Below are positions 8,432-16,430 of a DNA stretch of 58,494 nucleotides, in pieces. Positions within the stretch are counted from its first letter, which is position 1, and the number at the start of each line of letters is the position of its first letter. Location: positions 1 to 58,494 of IMG/VR virus record IMGVR_UViG_3300040664_000002. The stretch is one strand, 5' to 3'. The position numbers and the translations under genes are program-made. The notes beneath the pieces are model-generated. The model was not told where the DNA came from. It saw only the letters and a list, made by a program, of their open reading frames with translations, and did no database searches. Origin of the DNA: a virus (lineage: Duplodnaviria; Caudoviricetes).

Positions 8432-10105
8432 ATAGACCGCGACCACGCCACGCTCCTGCTCGCTCGCCGACGAGCTCGAGCGGAGGCCGAACTGCAGGCG
8501 GCGGTCATCGCGGAGACCTGCGAGCGCATCCGCTCATTCTTCTACCCGAAGCAGCGTGAGTTCTTCCGCTCCAAGGCCCCGCGGCGCGCCACGAAGAAGA
8601 CTCGCCGCAGCGGCGCCACGGCCGGCGGCTGCCGTGAGTTGATCGCGCGCTCGTTGGAGATGCCGAACCATCGCGCCACCTACATTACCGGCACCCTGAA
8701 GGATGCGCGTCGGAGAGCCTGGGAGAATGACACACGGTCCGGGTTCGTCGACGTCATTCGCCTGCTCGGCAAGCAGCGCAAGGGCCTTGGCGTCGAGGCC
8801 TACGTCCTGGCCGGCATCACGATCCGCGTCCTTCGGCAGGACCTGAAGCTGGAGTTCTCCAACGGATCGCAGATCGACCTGTTCGGTGCGGACAAAGAGG
8901 GCATGGCCGAGGGTCTCCGCGGCATCGCGAAGAACGTGTTCTGGATCGACGAGGCCCAGGACCTAAGCGGCCTCGACTACTTCTACCGAGGTGTCATCGT
9001 CCCTTCGATGTCCGATTTCGTCGGTGAGTGCTGGATGACCGGCACCCCTGGCCGTGACTGCGTTGGGATGTTCTACGAGGTCACCGCCGACGACGAGCCC
9101 CCGCTCACGGGCTGGGAGGTTCATCGCATCGCGGCCGTGGACAACCCGTTCTTCGGCCGCGTCGTGCGTGATGGCGACGAGTGGGTGGTGATGGACAACA
9201 TCGACGTCCGCTGGGCGCCGTACCGACCATCACCGTCATGGACCGAGGAGGAGGCGCTGGCGGCGGCACTCGAGGTCCGCTGGGATCGCGCGGCCGGCGC
9301 GGCGATCCGCGAGAACGGCTGGGCCGAGGATGACCCGGACCTGTTGCGCGAGTACTACGCGCGCTGGGTGAAGCAGGATGCGCGGTTCGTGTACGCGCTG
9401 CACAGCGTGCCAGAGCACAAGATCGCCACCCTGCCCCAGCGGCTCGGCGTGGACGGCTTCCCTGACCTGAGGCTGGCGCTGACGGACTTACCGGGCTGGG
9501 CCGAGGAGCGCCAGTACTTCACGATCTGCGGTGCCGATCTCGGAACGCGGGCCGCGTTCGCGTTCTGCGTGTGGGCGTGGTCGCTGATGGACTCCATCCT
9601 GTACGAAGTGGCGAGCTGGAAGATGGCCGGACTCGACTACGACGAGATGGCAACGCACCTCCACTCGGTCCGTGGGCAGATCGGCCTGTCGATGATCACC
9701 GCGGACGCTGGCGGCGGCGGCAAGCCGGCGGTGATGGGCTGGTCGCGGAAGTGGATGGAGCGCTACAGCCTGCCGATCACCGAGGCCACCAAGCAGAACA
9801 AGGCCATGGCCCAGAAGCAGATGAACAACGACATCCGCAAGGGATTCATCGTGTTGCGCAAGGACAGCCCGCTGATGCTGGAGTGGAAGGCGCACAGATG
9901 GAAGAAGCTGCGGACCGAGGATGGCCGCGAGGTCGAGGACGGTACGCCGCACGATGTCAGCGACGCGGCGCTGTACGGGCACCGCGAGAGTTTCCACCAC
10001 AGATTCCGCGAGCCGGTACCGCAAGTGGTACCGGGAAGTACCGAATGGGTGCTAAAAGAGGAGCAGGAGATCCTGAATGCCGCGATCTATGAAGATTACG
10101 GGTGA
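8426..10105 (+). CDS. terL: Terminase large subunit (start proposed at CTG 8426)
   Basis: Q motif FYPKQREF and Walker A KTRRSGAT lie upstream of the TTG at 8639; Walker B FWIDEAQ, coupling motif MTGTPG, RNaseH-like GADLG/ITAD/HDVSDAALY. Confidence 0.88.
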   Translation: MAIDRDHATLLLARRRARAEAELQAAVIAETCERIRSFFYPKQREFFRSKAPRRATKKTRRSGATAGGCRELIARSLEMPNHRATYITGTLKDARRRAWENDTRSGFVDVIRLLGKQRKGLGVEAYVLAGITIRVLRQDLKLEFSNGSQIDLFGADKEGMAEGLRGIAKNVFWIDEAQDLSGLDYFYRGVIVPSMSDFVGECWMTGTPGRDCVGMFYEVTADDEPPLTGWEVHRIAAVDNPFFGRVVRDGDEWVVMDNIDVRWAPYRPSPSWTEEEALAAALEVRWDRAAGAAIRENGWAEDDPDLLREYYARWVKQDARFVYALHSVPEHKIATLPQRLGVDGFPDLRLALTDLPGWAEERQYFTICGADLGTRAAFAFCVWAWSLMDSILYEVASWKMAGLDYDEMATHLHSVRGQIGLSMITADAGGGGKPAVMGWSRKWMERYSLPITEATKQNKAMAQKQMNNDIRKGFIVLRKDSPLMLEWKAHRWKKLRTEDGREVEDGTPHDVSDAALYGHRESFHHRFREPVPQVVPGSTEWVLKEEQEILNAAIYEDYG

Positions 10106-10349
10106 TGCAGCGCAGGTGAAGGCGCTGCTTCGCTGGAGCAAAACTGAGGGCATCGAACTGAGCCGCATCACGATCGGCGCATGCACAGTGGACGTGGTCC
10201 GCGCCGTGCCGCTCATCGCCCGGAAGCAGCCCGACGCGCCACCGGAGCATAGTCCTTCTCTGTACGAACGGTTCGCGCCCGACGTGATGATCCGGGCGAT
10301 ACAGGACATGGGCGGCGAAGAGTACACCCCGGTACTGAGGAGCAAGTAG
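10089..10349 (+). CDS. Hypothetical protein
   Basis: Small ORF directly after terL. Confidence 0.6.
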   Translation: MKITGDAAQVKALLRWSKTEGIELSRITIGACTVDVVRAVPLIARKQPDAPPEHSPSLYERFAPDVMIRAIQDMGGEEYTPVLRSK

Positions 10350-10351
10350 CG

Positions 10352-10756
10352 ATGCCTGTTCTGGATTTGGTCTCGTTCGACGAGATGATTCGGGACCACT
10401 GCCCGCGTCCGGGCGACCGCATCAAGCAGTACGTCGTCGACGGTAGACGCGAATCGCGTTGGGAACGCGAGACCTGTCCGAGTATCCACATCGATGAACA
10501 CATGGACAATACTGGACTGGAATGCCGAAACTACGGTCCGACGCGATGGACAGATCTCAGCCACGACTGCTGCGACGTGTGTTGTGAGATGCAGGAGTCC
10601 ACGAAGGACCAATCCGACGTCGAGACGTGGCTGGCGGAGCGCGCCCAGCGGCCGCCTGTCTGCAGTGACCGCTCGCTGCTGAGCGATGTGATCGAGGACT
10701 ATGGAGACATCGTCATGGCCAAGAACCCGATGTTCGCCATGCTGAGGAAGCCATGA
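10352..10756 (+). CDS. Hypothetical Cys-rich protein
   Basis: GAGGAG RBS, 134 aa. Confidence 0.55.
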   Translation: MPVLDLVSFDEMIRDHCPRPGDRIKQYVVDGRRESRWERETCPSIHIDEHMDNTGLECRNYGPTRWTDLSHDCCDVCCEMQESTKDQSDVETWLAERAQRPPVCSDRSLLSDVIEDYGDIVMAKNPMFAMLRKP

Positions 10757-10995
10757 CCACCGAAGAACAGAAGCAGTGTCGTGAGCAGGTCAGCGCCCTG
10801 CTTGGCATCATCGCGCCGACCGCGCGGTGCAGAGTCTTCGAGGAGGACATGAGCGATGACGCGCCGCCGATCTGGCAGATCGAGGTACGCGGCCGGAACC
10901 GCACCGTCCAGATGGATGCCGACGTGTGGCTCTCGAACCGCAGCAACGGCGACGTCTGGCGCGAGGCGGTCGCAGACCTGGTGGCTACGCTGTGA
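10753..10995 (+). CDS. Hypothetical protein
   Basis: ATGA-coupled. Confidence 0.55.
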   Translation: MTTEEQKQCREQVSALLGIIAPTARCRVFEEDMSDDAPPIWQIEVRGRNRTVQMDADVWLSNRSNGDVWREAVADLVATL

Positions 10996-11017
10996 CGCCT
11001 GTGATACGGTGGCCGCA

Positions 11018-11167
11018 GTGAACCCGTATCGGCCACTGTTCGTCGAGACGCCCCAGTGCGGATGTCGCGGCGTCATGCACACGTGCTGGGGTAAGTGTTC
11101 GTACATGTGCGGCAAGTTCGGCATCGCCGAGTCCGAGTGGCGGATGATGGTGGGGCGGCGCCAGTGA
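11018..11167 (+). CDS. Small Cys-rich protein
   Basis: GTG preceded by TGA-TACGGT extended -10-like element; CGC..HTC..C..C. Confidence 0.45.
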   Translation: MNPYRPLFVETPQCGCRGVMHTCWGKCSYMCGKFGIAESEWRMMVGRRQ

Positions 11168-11460
11168 ACATCAACGACAACTTGCAGCCGGTGCTCCGCG
11201 AGCATTATCCGTCGCCGAACATCAGGATCCACATCGGATGCCATCCCGATCTGGATCTGCACGAGGTCCGCGTGCTCAACAGCATCGGGACTTACACGTA
11301 CGCCAAGGCGTCGCTCACAAACGATATGGTCATGGCAATCGCCAAGGGCGACGACGGCGCATCGCTGTCCCTGCTGTTCGACATCATCGACGGACTACTC
11401 GCAGTCCTCAACCTGACCGCGCACCAGCTACGCGCTGCCACCTCGGCTGGCGCGCCGTAA
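11164..11460 (+). CDS. Hypothetical protein; C-terminus overlaps the portal upstream element
   Basis: GTGA-coupled; ends LTAHQLRAATSAGAP*. Confidence 0.55.
   Translation: MNINDNLQPVLREHYPSPNIRIHIGCHPDLDLHEVRVLNSIGTYTYAKASLTNDMVMAIAKGDDGASLSLLFDIIDGLLAVLNLTAHQLRAATSAGAP
11413..11452 (+). promoter_or_regulatory. Conserved element upstream of portal (copy 2 of 2)
   Basis: TGACCGCGCACCAGCTACGCG-N12-CTGGCG. Confidence 0.7.
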
Positions 11461-13471
11461 GCGCAAGGACGTCGCCGACGTCCGCCCTGGTCGCGAGCAG
11501 CCGGATGAGCCGGTCGCTCTTCACGCGCGCTGGTGGCAACTCAAGGGCCGCGAGGCCGCGCTGGCGCTCTGGTCATGGTCGGACACCCGCCGGGCGTTCC
11601 TTCGTGGCTACGGCACGCTGGACCTGATCCACGAGGCCATCTACGAGGGCCGTCCCATCGGCCGCCGTATCAACATGGCCGCGATGGACTTCCTTCGCGC
11701 CCAGTCCTCGATGTCGAGCTACCTCAACGTCCTCCAGTCCATGGTGGACACGTCGGTTGCCCGCATCGGCAAGCGCCGCGCGATGCCGGTCATCGGCGCC
11801 GACGACGCCGAGTACAGCGAGAAGCTCTACGCGCGCCGCGCGAGCCGCGTGCTGCGGAAGAAGATGGCCACGCCGGCCATCGAGCGCATGATGCCGATGT
11901 TCCTGCGTGACGGTGTGGTCCGCGGCGACGGCTGTATCCACGTCATGCGCCGCGGCGGTGACGCCGTGCTGGAGAAGTTCCCGCGCAGCGAGCTGGTGTT
12001 CGACGATGGCGAGAGTCGGAACGGCTCGCCGCTCACGCTCGCTCGCGTGCGGATGATCGATCGCACCGTGCTCACCGCACAGTACCCGGAGTTCGCCGAG
12101 CGGATCCGGGACGTCACCGCGGCGCCGCGCGACTACTGGGATCCGACCGACTACGACTCGCCGATGGACCCCGATCAGATCGAGGTCATCACGGCATGGC
12201 GACTGCCCTCGCACCCTGGAGCGGGCGATGGCTGCACCCTGACCTGCATCCGCGACGGCGAGGCACCGCTCGATGAACGCCTGTGGAAGCGTTCGCGGTT
12301 TCCGATCGCCCGCGTGCAGTGGACGCCGTCCATGCGCGGGTTTCTTGGCATCGGGCTAATCCAGCAGCTTGCCGGAAGCCAGAACAAGGTGAACGAGCTG
12401 TGGAGCGATCACCAGCTGGCACTCCACTGGGCGTCCCAGCTGACCGTGTTCGTGCCGCGCGGTTCGAACATCCCCAAGTCGCAGCTGCGCGGTCGTGATC
12501 CGAAGGTCGTCGAGTACGACGGAGGTGTTCCATCGTACATCGCTCCAGATCCAGCCTCGAAGCAGGCCATGGACAGCCTACGCTGGCTGATCCAGCAAAT
12601 GTACGAGGTCTCTGGCATCAGCCAGGCAGCGGCGTCGTCGCGCAATCCGCTCGGACCCAACGCCAGCGGCAAGGCGCTCGACACGTTCATGGACATCGAG
12701 AGCGATCGGTTCTCGCAGCTCGAGCTGCAGTACGCCATGGGTCGCGTTGACGTCGGCATGGCGCTGCTCGATGAGGCCAAGGACATCGCAGCGCTCGCGG
12801 CCGAGGATGACAGCATCGAACCAGCGCCCTGGATCGATGAGATCGACTGGGAGAAGTTCGACTTTGACGGCGGCAACTACCACCTGATGCCGGAGCCCGA
12901 GAACTTCATCCCGAGCACCCGCGGCGGCCGGCTGGATGCGCTGCAGGACATGGCGAAGATCCCAGGCCTGCTCAACAACCCGCTCATCACCGCCTCGCTG
13001 TTCGAGGAGCCCGACATCGCCCGCGCGAACCGCCACCTGCTCGGCCCGTACCGACAGCTCGAGAAGCTGATGGAGATGCTCGGCGACGAGAAGATCCCGC
13101 AGGAGATGTGCGTCCCCACACCGTACATGCTCAGCCCGCCGGGCCTCGCCAAGGAGATGGCGCTCGGCGAGCTCGGCAACGCCTTCAGCGAGGGCGCCGG
13201 CGACGCGCTGCTCGGCCGCTACCGCTGGTTCCTGCAGATGCTCGAGGACGAATCCCTGCAGGCGATGCCACCCGCCCCGCCGCCGATGGCACCAGGGCCG
13301 CCCGGCGCCGAGATGCCGCCGCCCCCGATGGGGATGTCGCCGGGAATGCCGCCCGGCCCTGGTGGCGTTCCGTTCATTGGCCCCAGCGGGGGGCCAATGC
13401 AGGTTCCGGATCCAATGGGTGGTGCGACCTCTCAACTCGCCGCGGGCATGAGCCCGTTCGGCCCCATGTGA
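11447..13471 (+). CDS. Portal protein (start proposed at CTG 11447)
   Basis: Position between terL and scaffold/capsid; YLNVLQSMVDT, FPIARVQW..GIGLIQQL, YEVSGISQ, SGKAL; 76 in-frame protein-like codons (ARWWQL, IYEG) upstream of the first ATG at 11675; Pro/Gly/Met tail. Confidence 0.85.
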   Translation: MARRKRKDVADVRPGREQPDEPVALHARWWQLKGREAALALWSWSDTRRAFLRGYGTLDLIHEAIYEGRPIGRRINMAAMDFLRAQSSMSSYLNVLQSMVDTSVARIGKRRAMPVIGADDAEYSEKLYARRASRVLRKKMATPAIERMMPMFLRDGVVRGDGCIHVMRRGGDAVLEKFPRSELVFDDGESRNGSPLTLARVRMIDRTVLTAQYPEFAERIRDVTAAPRDYWDPTDYDSPMDPDQIEVITAWRLPSHPGAGDGCTLTCIRDGEAPLDERLWKRSRFPIARVQWTPSMRGFLGIGLIQQLAGSQNKVNELWSDHQLALHWASQLTVFVPRGSNIPKSQLRGRDPKVVEYDGGVPSYIAPDPASKQAMDSLRWLIQQMYEVSGISQAAASSRNPLGPNASGKALDTFMDIESDRFSQLELQYAMGRVDVGMALLDEAKDIAALAAEDDSIEPAPWIDEIDWEKFDFDGGNYHLMPEPENFIPSTRGGRLDALQDMAKIPGLLNNPLITASLFEEPDIARANRHLLGPYRQLEKLMEMLGDEKIPQEMCVPTPYMLSPPGLAKEMALGELGNAFSEGAGDALLGRYRWFLQMLEDESLQAMPPAPPPMAPGPPGAEMPPPPMGMSPGMPPGPGGVPFIGPSGGPMQVPDPMGGATSQLAAGMSPFGPM

Positions 13472-13477
13472 GCAACC

Positions 13478-14692
13478 ATGTCTGACGACTACGAGCCATC
13501 CATCGACCTGCCGACCACCGAGTCCGGCGCCGAGTCCGAAGCGCCGGCGCGCATCGAGGAGACCGCCGAGGATACGGGCGAGGTCACCGGTGGTCCGCGC
13601 GGCGGCCGTGTGCTGTCCGACAAGGTTCGCGCGATGTTCCGTGGCATCGCCAAGGCCGCATCCGAATCCCCAGCCGGCGTCGAAGGCATCTCCGACGACC
13701 TGCAGCCGGCCATCGAATCGTCACCCGCCGCGGCAGCGGCATCCGTCGAAGCAGCAGCATCACCCATCGCTGTTCCGGATGTACCTGCCGCGGCTGCCGT
13801 GACCCCTGCGCCCGCGCCTGCGCCGACCCCGCCGATGCACGACGTGGGCAAGGCTGCCGCCGAGCAGGCGAAGGTGCTGCAGGAGCTGCGCGAGAAGGAG
13901 TATGCGGCCCGTGAGGAGCGCATCGCGGCTCGCGAGAAGGAGCTGTTCAGCGACACGGACCTCATCGAGCGTCCAGGCGCGACGCTCGCCAAGCTGCTGC
14001 AGAAGACCTACGGCGCGACCGATGCCGAGCTAAAGGACATCATCGAAGACGTTGTCACCGAGTTGTCCGAGCACGCGCTCGGCATCCAGCTGCCGTCTGA
14101 CCTCAAGGGGCGCATCGACGCGCGCAAGGCCGTGCGCTCGGTGAAGGTCTACAAGGCTGACCTGACCCGTCGAGAGCAGCAGCTGCAAGAGCAGCGCGCC
14201 GCCGCGGACAGAGCGGCAGCCGAGGCCCGCGAGCAGCAGCTCAAGGAGCAGGCCGAGGCGCAGGCTGCGCGGCAGGTGTCCGATCTGGTCGCGACGACGC
14301 GCGCCGAGTTCAAGTTCCTCCATGCTCAAGAGGATCCGTCTGGGATCGTGTTCACGATCGTCAAGGATCAGCACGAGCGCGGTCAGCCCGTCGACTGGAT
14401 GGGTGCGGCCAAGTTCGCCAACGATTACTTCCGTAAGCAAGCTGAATATGCTATCAAGGAAGCTGACAAGCTTCGATCCCTGCTCACCCCGACAGCGCCA
14501 CAGGCGCCGGTCCCGGCCAAAGCAGCGACTCCAACAGGTGGGGCACCAGGTCCAGCCCCGGCAGCGCAACCCAAGCCCGCCCCGACGCCAGTCGCCGAAG
14601 ACGATGGCCCCGCGAATGTCGACTATCGCGACCAACGCAAGGCGAACCTCCGGAAGATGCTCGCTCGAACGCGAGAGCAGCTGAAGGCGTAG
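13478..14692 (+). CDS. Capsid scaffolding protein
   Basis: Acidic/Ala-Pro N-terminus, coiled coil, basic C-terminal helix, between portal and capsid. Confidence 0.75.
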   Translation: MSDDYEPSIDLPTTESGAESEAPARIEETAEDTGEVTGGPRGGRVLSDKVRAMFRGIAKAASESPAGVEGISDDLQPAIESSPAAAAASVEAAASPIAVPDVPAAAAVTPAPAPAPTPPMHDVGKAAAEQAKVLQELREKEYAAREERIAAREKELFSDTDLIERPGATLAKLLQKTYGATDAELKDIIEDVVTELSEHALGIQLPSDLKGRIDARKAVRSVKVYKADLTRREQQLQEQRAAADRAAAEAREQQLKEQAEAQAARQVSDLVATTRAEFKFLHAQEDPSGIVFTIVKDQHERGQPVDWMGAAKFANDYFRKQAEYAIKEADKLRSLLTPTAPQAPVPAKAATPTGGAPGPAPAAQPKPAPTPVAEDDGPANVDYRDQRKANLRKMLARTREQLKA

Positions 14693-14701
14693 TCCGAACT
14701 G

Positions 14702-14729
14702 AGCAGGTCCAACCCTGAAAGGACCTGTT
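14702..14729 (+). promoter_or_regulatory. Hairpin occluding the capsid RBS
   Basis: AGCAGGTCC-10nt-GGACCTGTT; 3' arm contains the GGA of AAAGGA, ATG at 14732. Confidence 0.5.
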
Positions 14730-14731
14730 AC

Positions 14732-15988
14732 ATGAGTGTTCTCGATCTCACCATCTTTGACCCCATGGTCAAGGAGCACTACTCACCGCTCGAAGTCGCC
14801 CGTATGGCGATGCAGAAGAACAAGGCTGTTGGCATGCTCGCCAAGAGCCAGAAGAAGATGGTCGGCGGCCGCGAGTGGGTCCAGCCGATCATGACGGCGC
14901 TGCCCGGCGGCGGCTCCGTGTCGTTCTCCGTGGCGGTCACCAACGCCAACAACAACACGTCGAGCTACAAGAACTTCAACGTCACGCGCCGGCAGCACTA
15001 CCGGATCGCCAAGGTGGACAACCAGGCGATCGAAGCAACGGCCACCGGCGACGAGGATGCGTTCGAGAGCGCGTTCGACGAGTTCGACAACGGCATCGAG
15101 GCCGAGGGCAACTACATTAACTTCCGATTCTTCCGCACCCAAGCGGGCGAGGTCGGGCAGCTCGATGGCGTCGTCAATGTCGCGACGCCGAACATGGCGT
15201 TCTCGGACATCTCGGCGATGTGGGGCGTCCGCGCCGGCGAGGTGCTGACGGCTTCGGCGACGCTCGGCTCGGCGCTTCGTGCGGGCACGATCACGATCCT
15301 GTCAGTCAACCGCACCAACGGCACGTTCATCCTGACCGGCAACGGCACGGCGGGCATCGCGGCACTGGTCAACACGGACTTCCTCTACCTGAACGGTGAC
15401 GGGCAGAACGCCGGCACTGGGACCTCGGCCTCGGGGCTCGCGGACTGGGTGCCGGATACGGCGCCGACGTCGACGCTGTTCTACAACGTCGACCGGACCA
15501 CGGAGTCGGACTACCTGGGTGGCCTGCGCATCACCGGCACGGATGGCCGGTCGATCGCCAACCTGCTCGTGGATGCCGTCGCCGCGGTGGACAACATCGG
15601 TGGCGATCCGGACGTGATCTGGATGAACCCGATCACCTTCGGCACGTTCTCCAAGCAGCTCGAGGGCAAGTGGGTCATCACCTCGGCCGTCGGCTACGAC
15701 GGCAAGAAGATGGCGACGATCGGCTTCAAGGGGTTCAGCGTGAACCTCAACGGCAAGGACCTGTCCATCTACACGGACCGGTGCTGCCCGGCGAAGCGCA
15801 TCTACGTCCTGACCTGGTCGACCTGGTGCATGTTCTCGGCGGGCCCCGCGCCCAACTTCCTCCAGAAGCGTGCCGGCAGCATCATCAAGGTCTCCGAGCT
15901 CAACGACGGCTACGAGGCCCGCATCGGTGAGTACTTCAACTTCAGCTGCAAGGCGCCAGGCTACAACTGCGTCATCGTCCTGCCGTAA
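14732..15988 (+). CDS. Major capsid protein
   Basis: 418 aa after scaffold, strongest codon bias, SGLADWVP...FYNVDR, PDVIWMNP, IYTDRCCP pattern typical of P22-like coats. Confidence 0.85.
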   Translation: MSVLDLTIFDPMVKEHYSPLEVARMAMQKNKAVGMLAKSQKKMVGGREWVQPIMTALPGGGSVSFSVAVTNANNNTSSYKNFNVTRRQHYRIAKVDNQAIEATATGDEDAFESAFDEFDNGIEAEGNYINFRFFRTQAGEVGQLDGVVNVATPNMAFSDISAMWGVRAGEVLTASATLGSALRAGTITILSVNRTNGTFILTGNGTAGIAALVNTDFLYLNGDGQNAGTGTSASGLADWVPDTAPTSTLFYNVDRTTESDYLGGLRITGTDGRSIANLLVDAVAAVDNIGGDPDVIWMNPITFGTFSKQLEGKWVITSAVGYDGKKMATIGFKGFSVNLNGKDLSIYTDRCCPAKRIYVLTWSTWCMFSAGPAPNFLQKRAGSIIKVSELNDGYEARIGEYFNFSCKAPGYNCVIVLP

Positions 15989-15998
15989 GGAGCCGACC

Positions 15999-16430
15999 AT
16001 GAACCGGTCAGACAACCCCGCTACGGCGATGCCGTACGACATGGTCACGATGTTCGGCAAGCTGCAAGGTGCCGGCGCGGCGGCCCCGGTGCGTGCGCCG
16101 ACCACGTTCTCGTCTACTTCGTCCGCCGGGTACATGCACACGTCGAACAACTTCGTCTCGACGACGGTGATCCCGACACGCTCCGGTGTCGGCGCCTACA
16201 CGGTGACGTTCAGTGATGGGCTCCCCGTGATCCTCGACATCGACATCCGCGTGGCATCTACGACCGGTGCCGCGGCATACAAGGACGCGTACTGGACGGA
16301 CTACAACCCGACTACGCGCGTCCTGACGTTCGGCACCAACCTCGCGACCACCGGGGCTGCTGTCGACCTGCTGTCGACGGACTTCGTCACGTTCATCATC
16401 ACTGGACAGAAGACGGTCCCGGCGTACTGA
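15999..16430 (+). CDS. Virion protein, possibly capsid decoration
   Basis: AAGGAG RBS, beta-rich, directly after capsid. Confidence 0.6.
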   Translation: MNRSDNPATAMPYDMVTMFGKLQGAGAAAPVRAPTTFSSTSSAGYMHTSNNFVSTTVIPTRSGVGAYTVTFSDGLPVILDIDIRVASTTGAAAYKDAYWTDYNPTTRVLTFGTNLATTGAAVDLLSTDFVTFIITGQKTVPAY

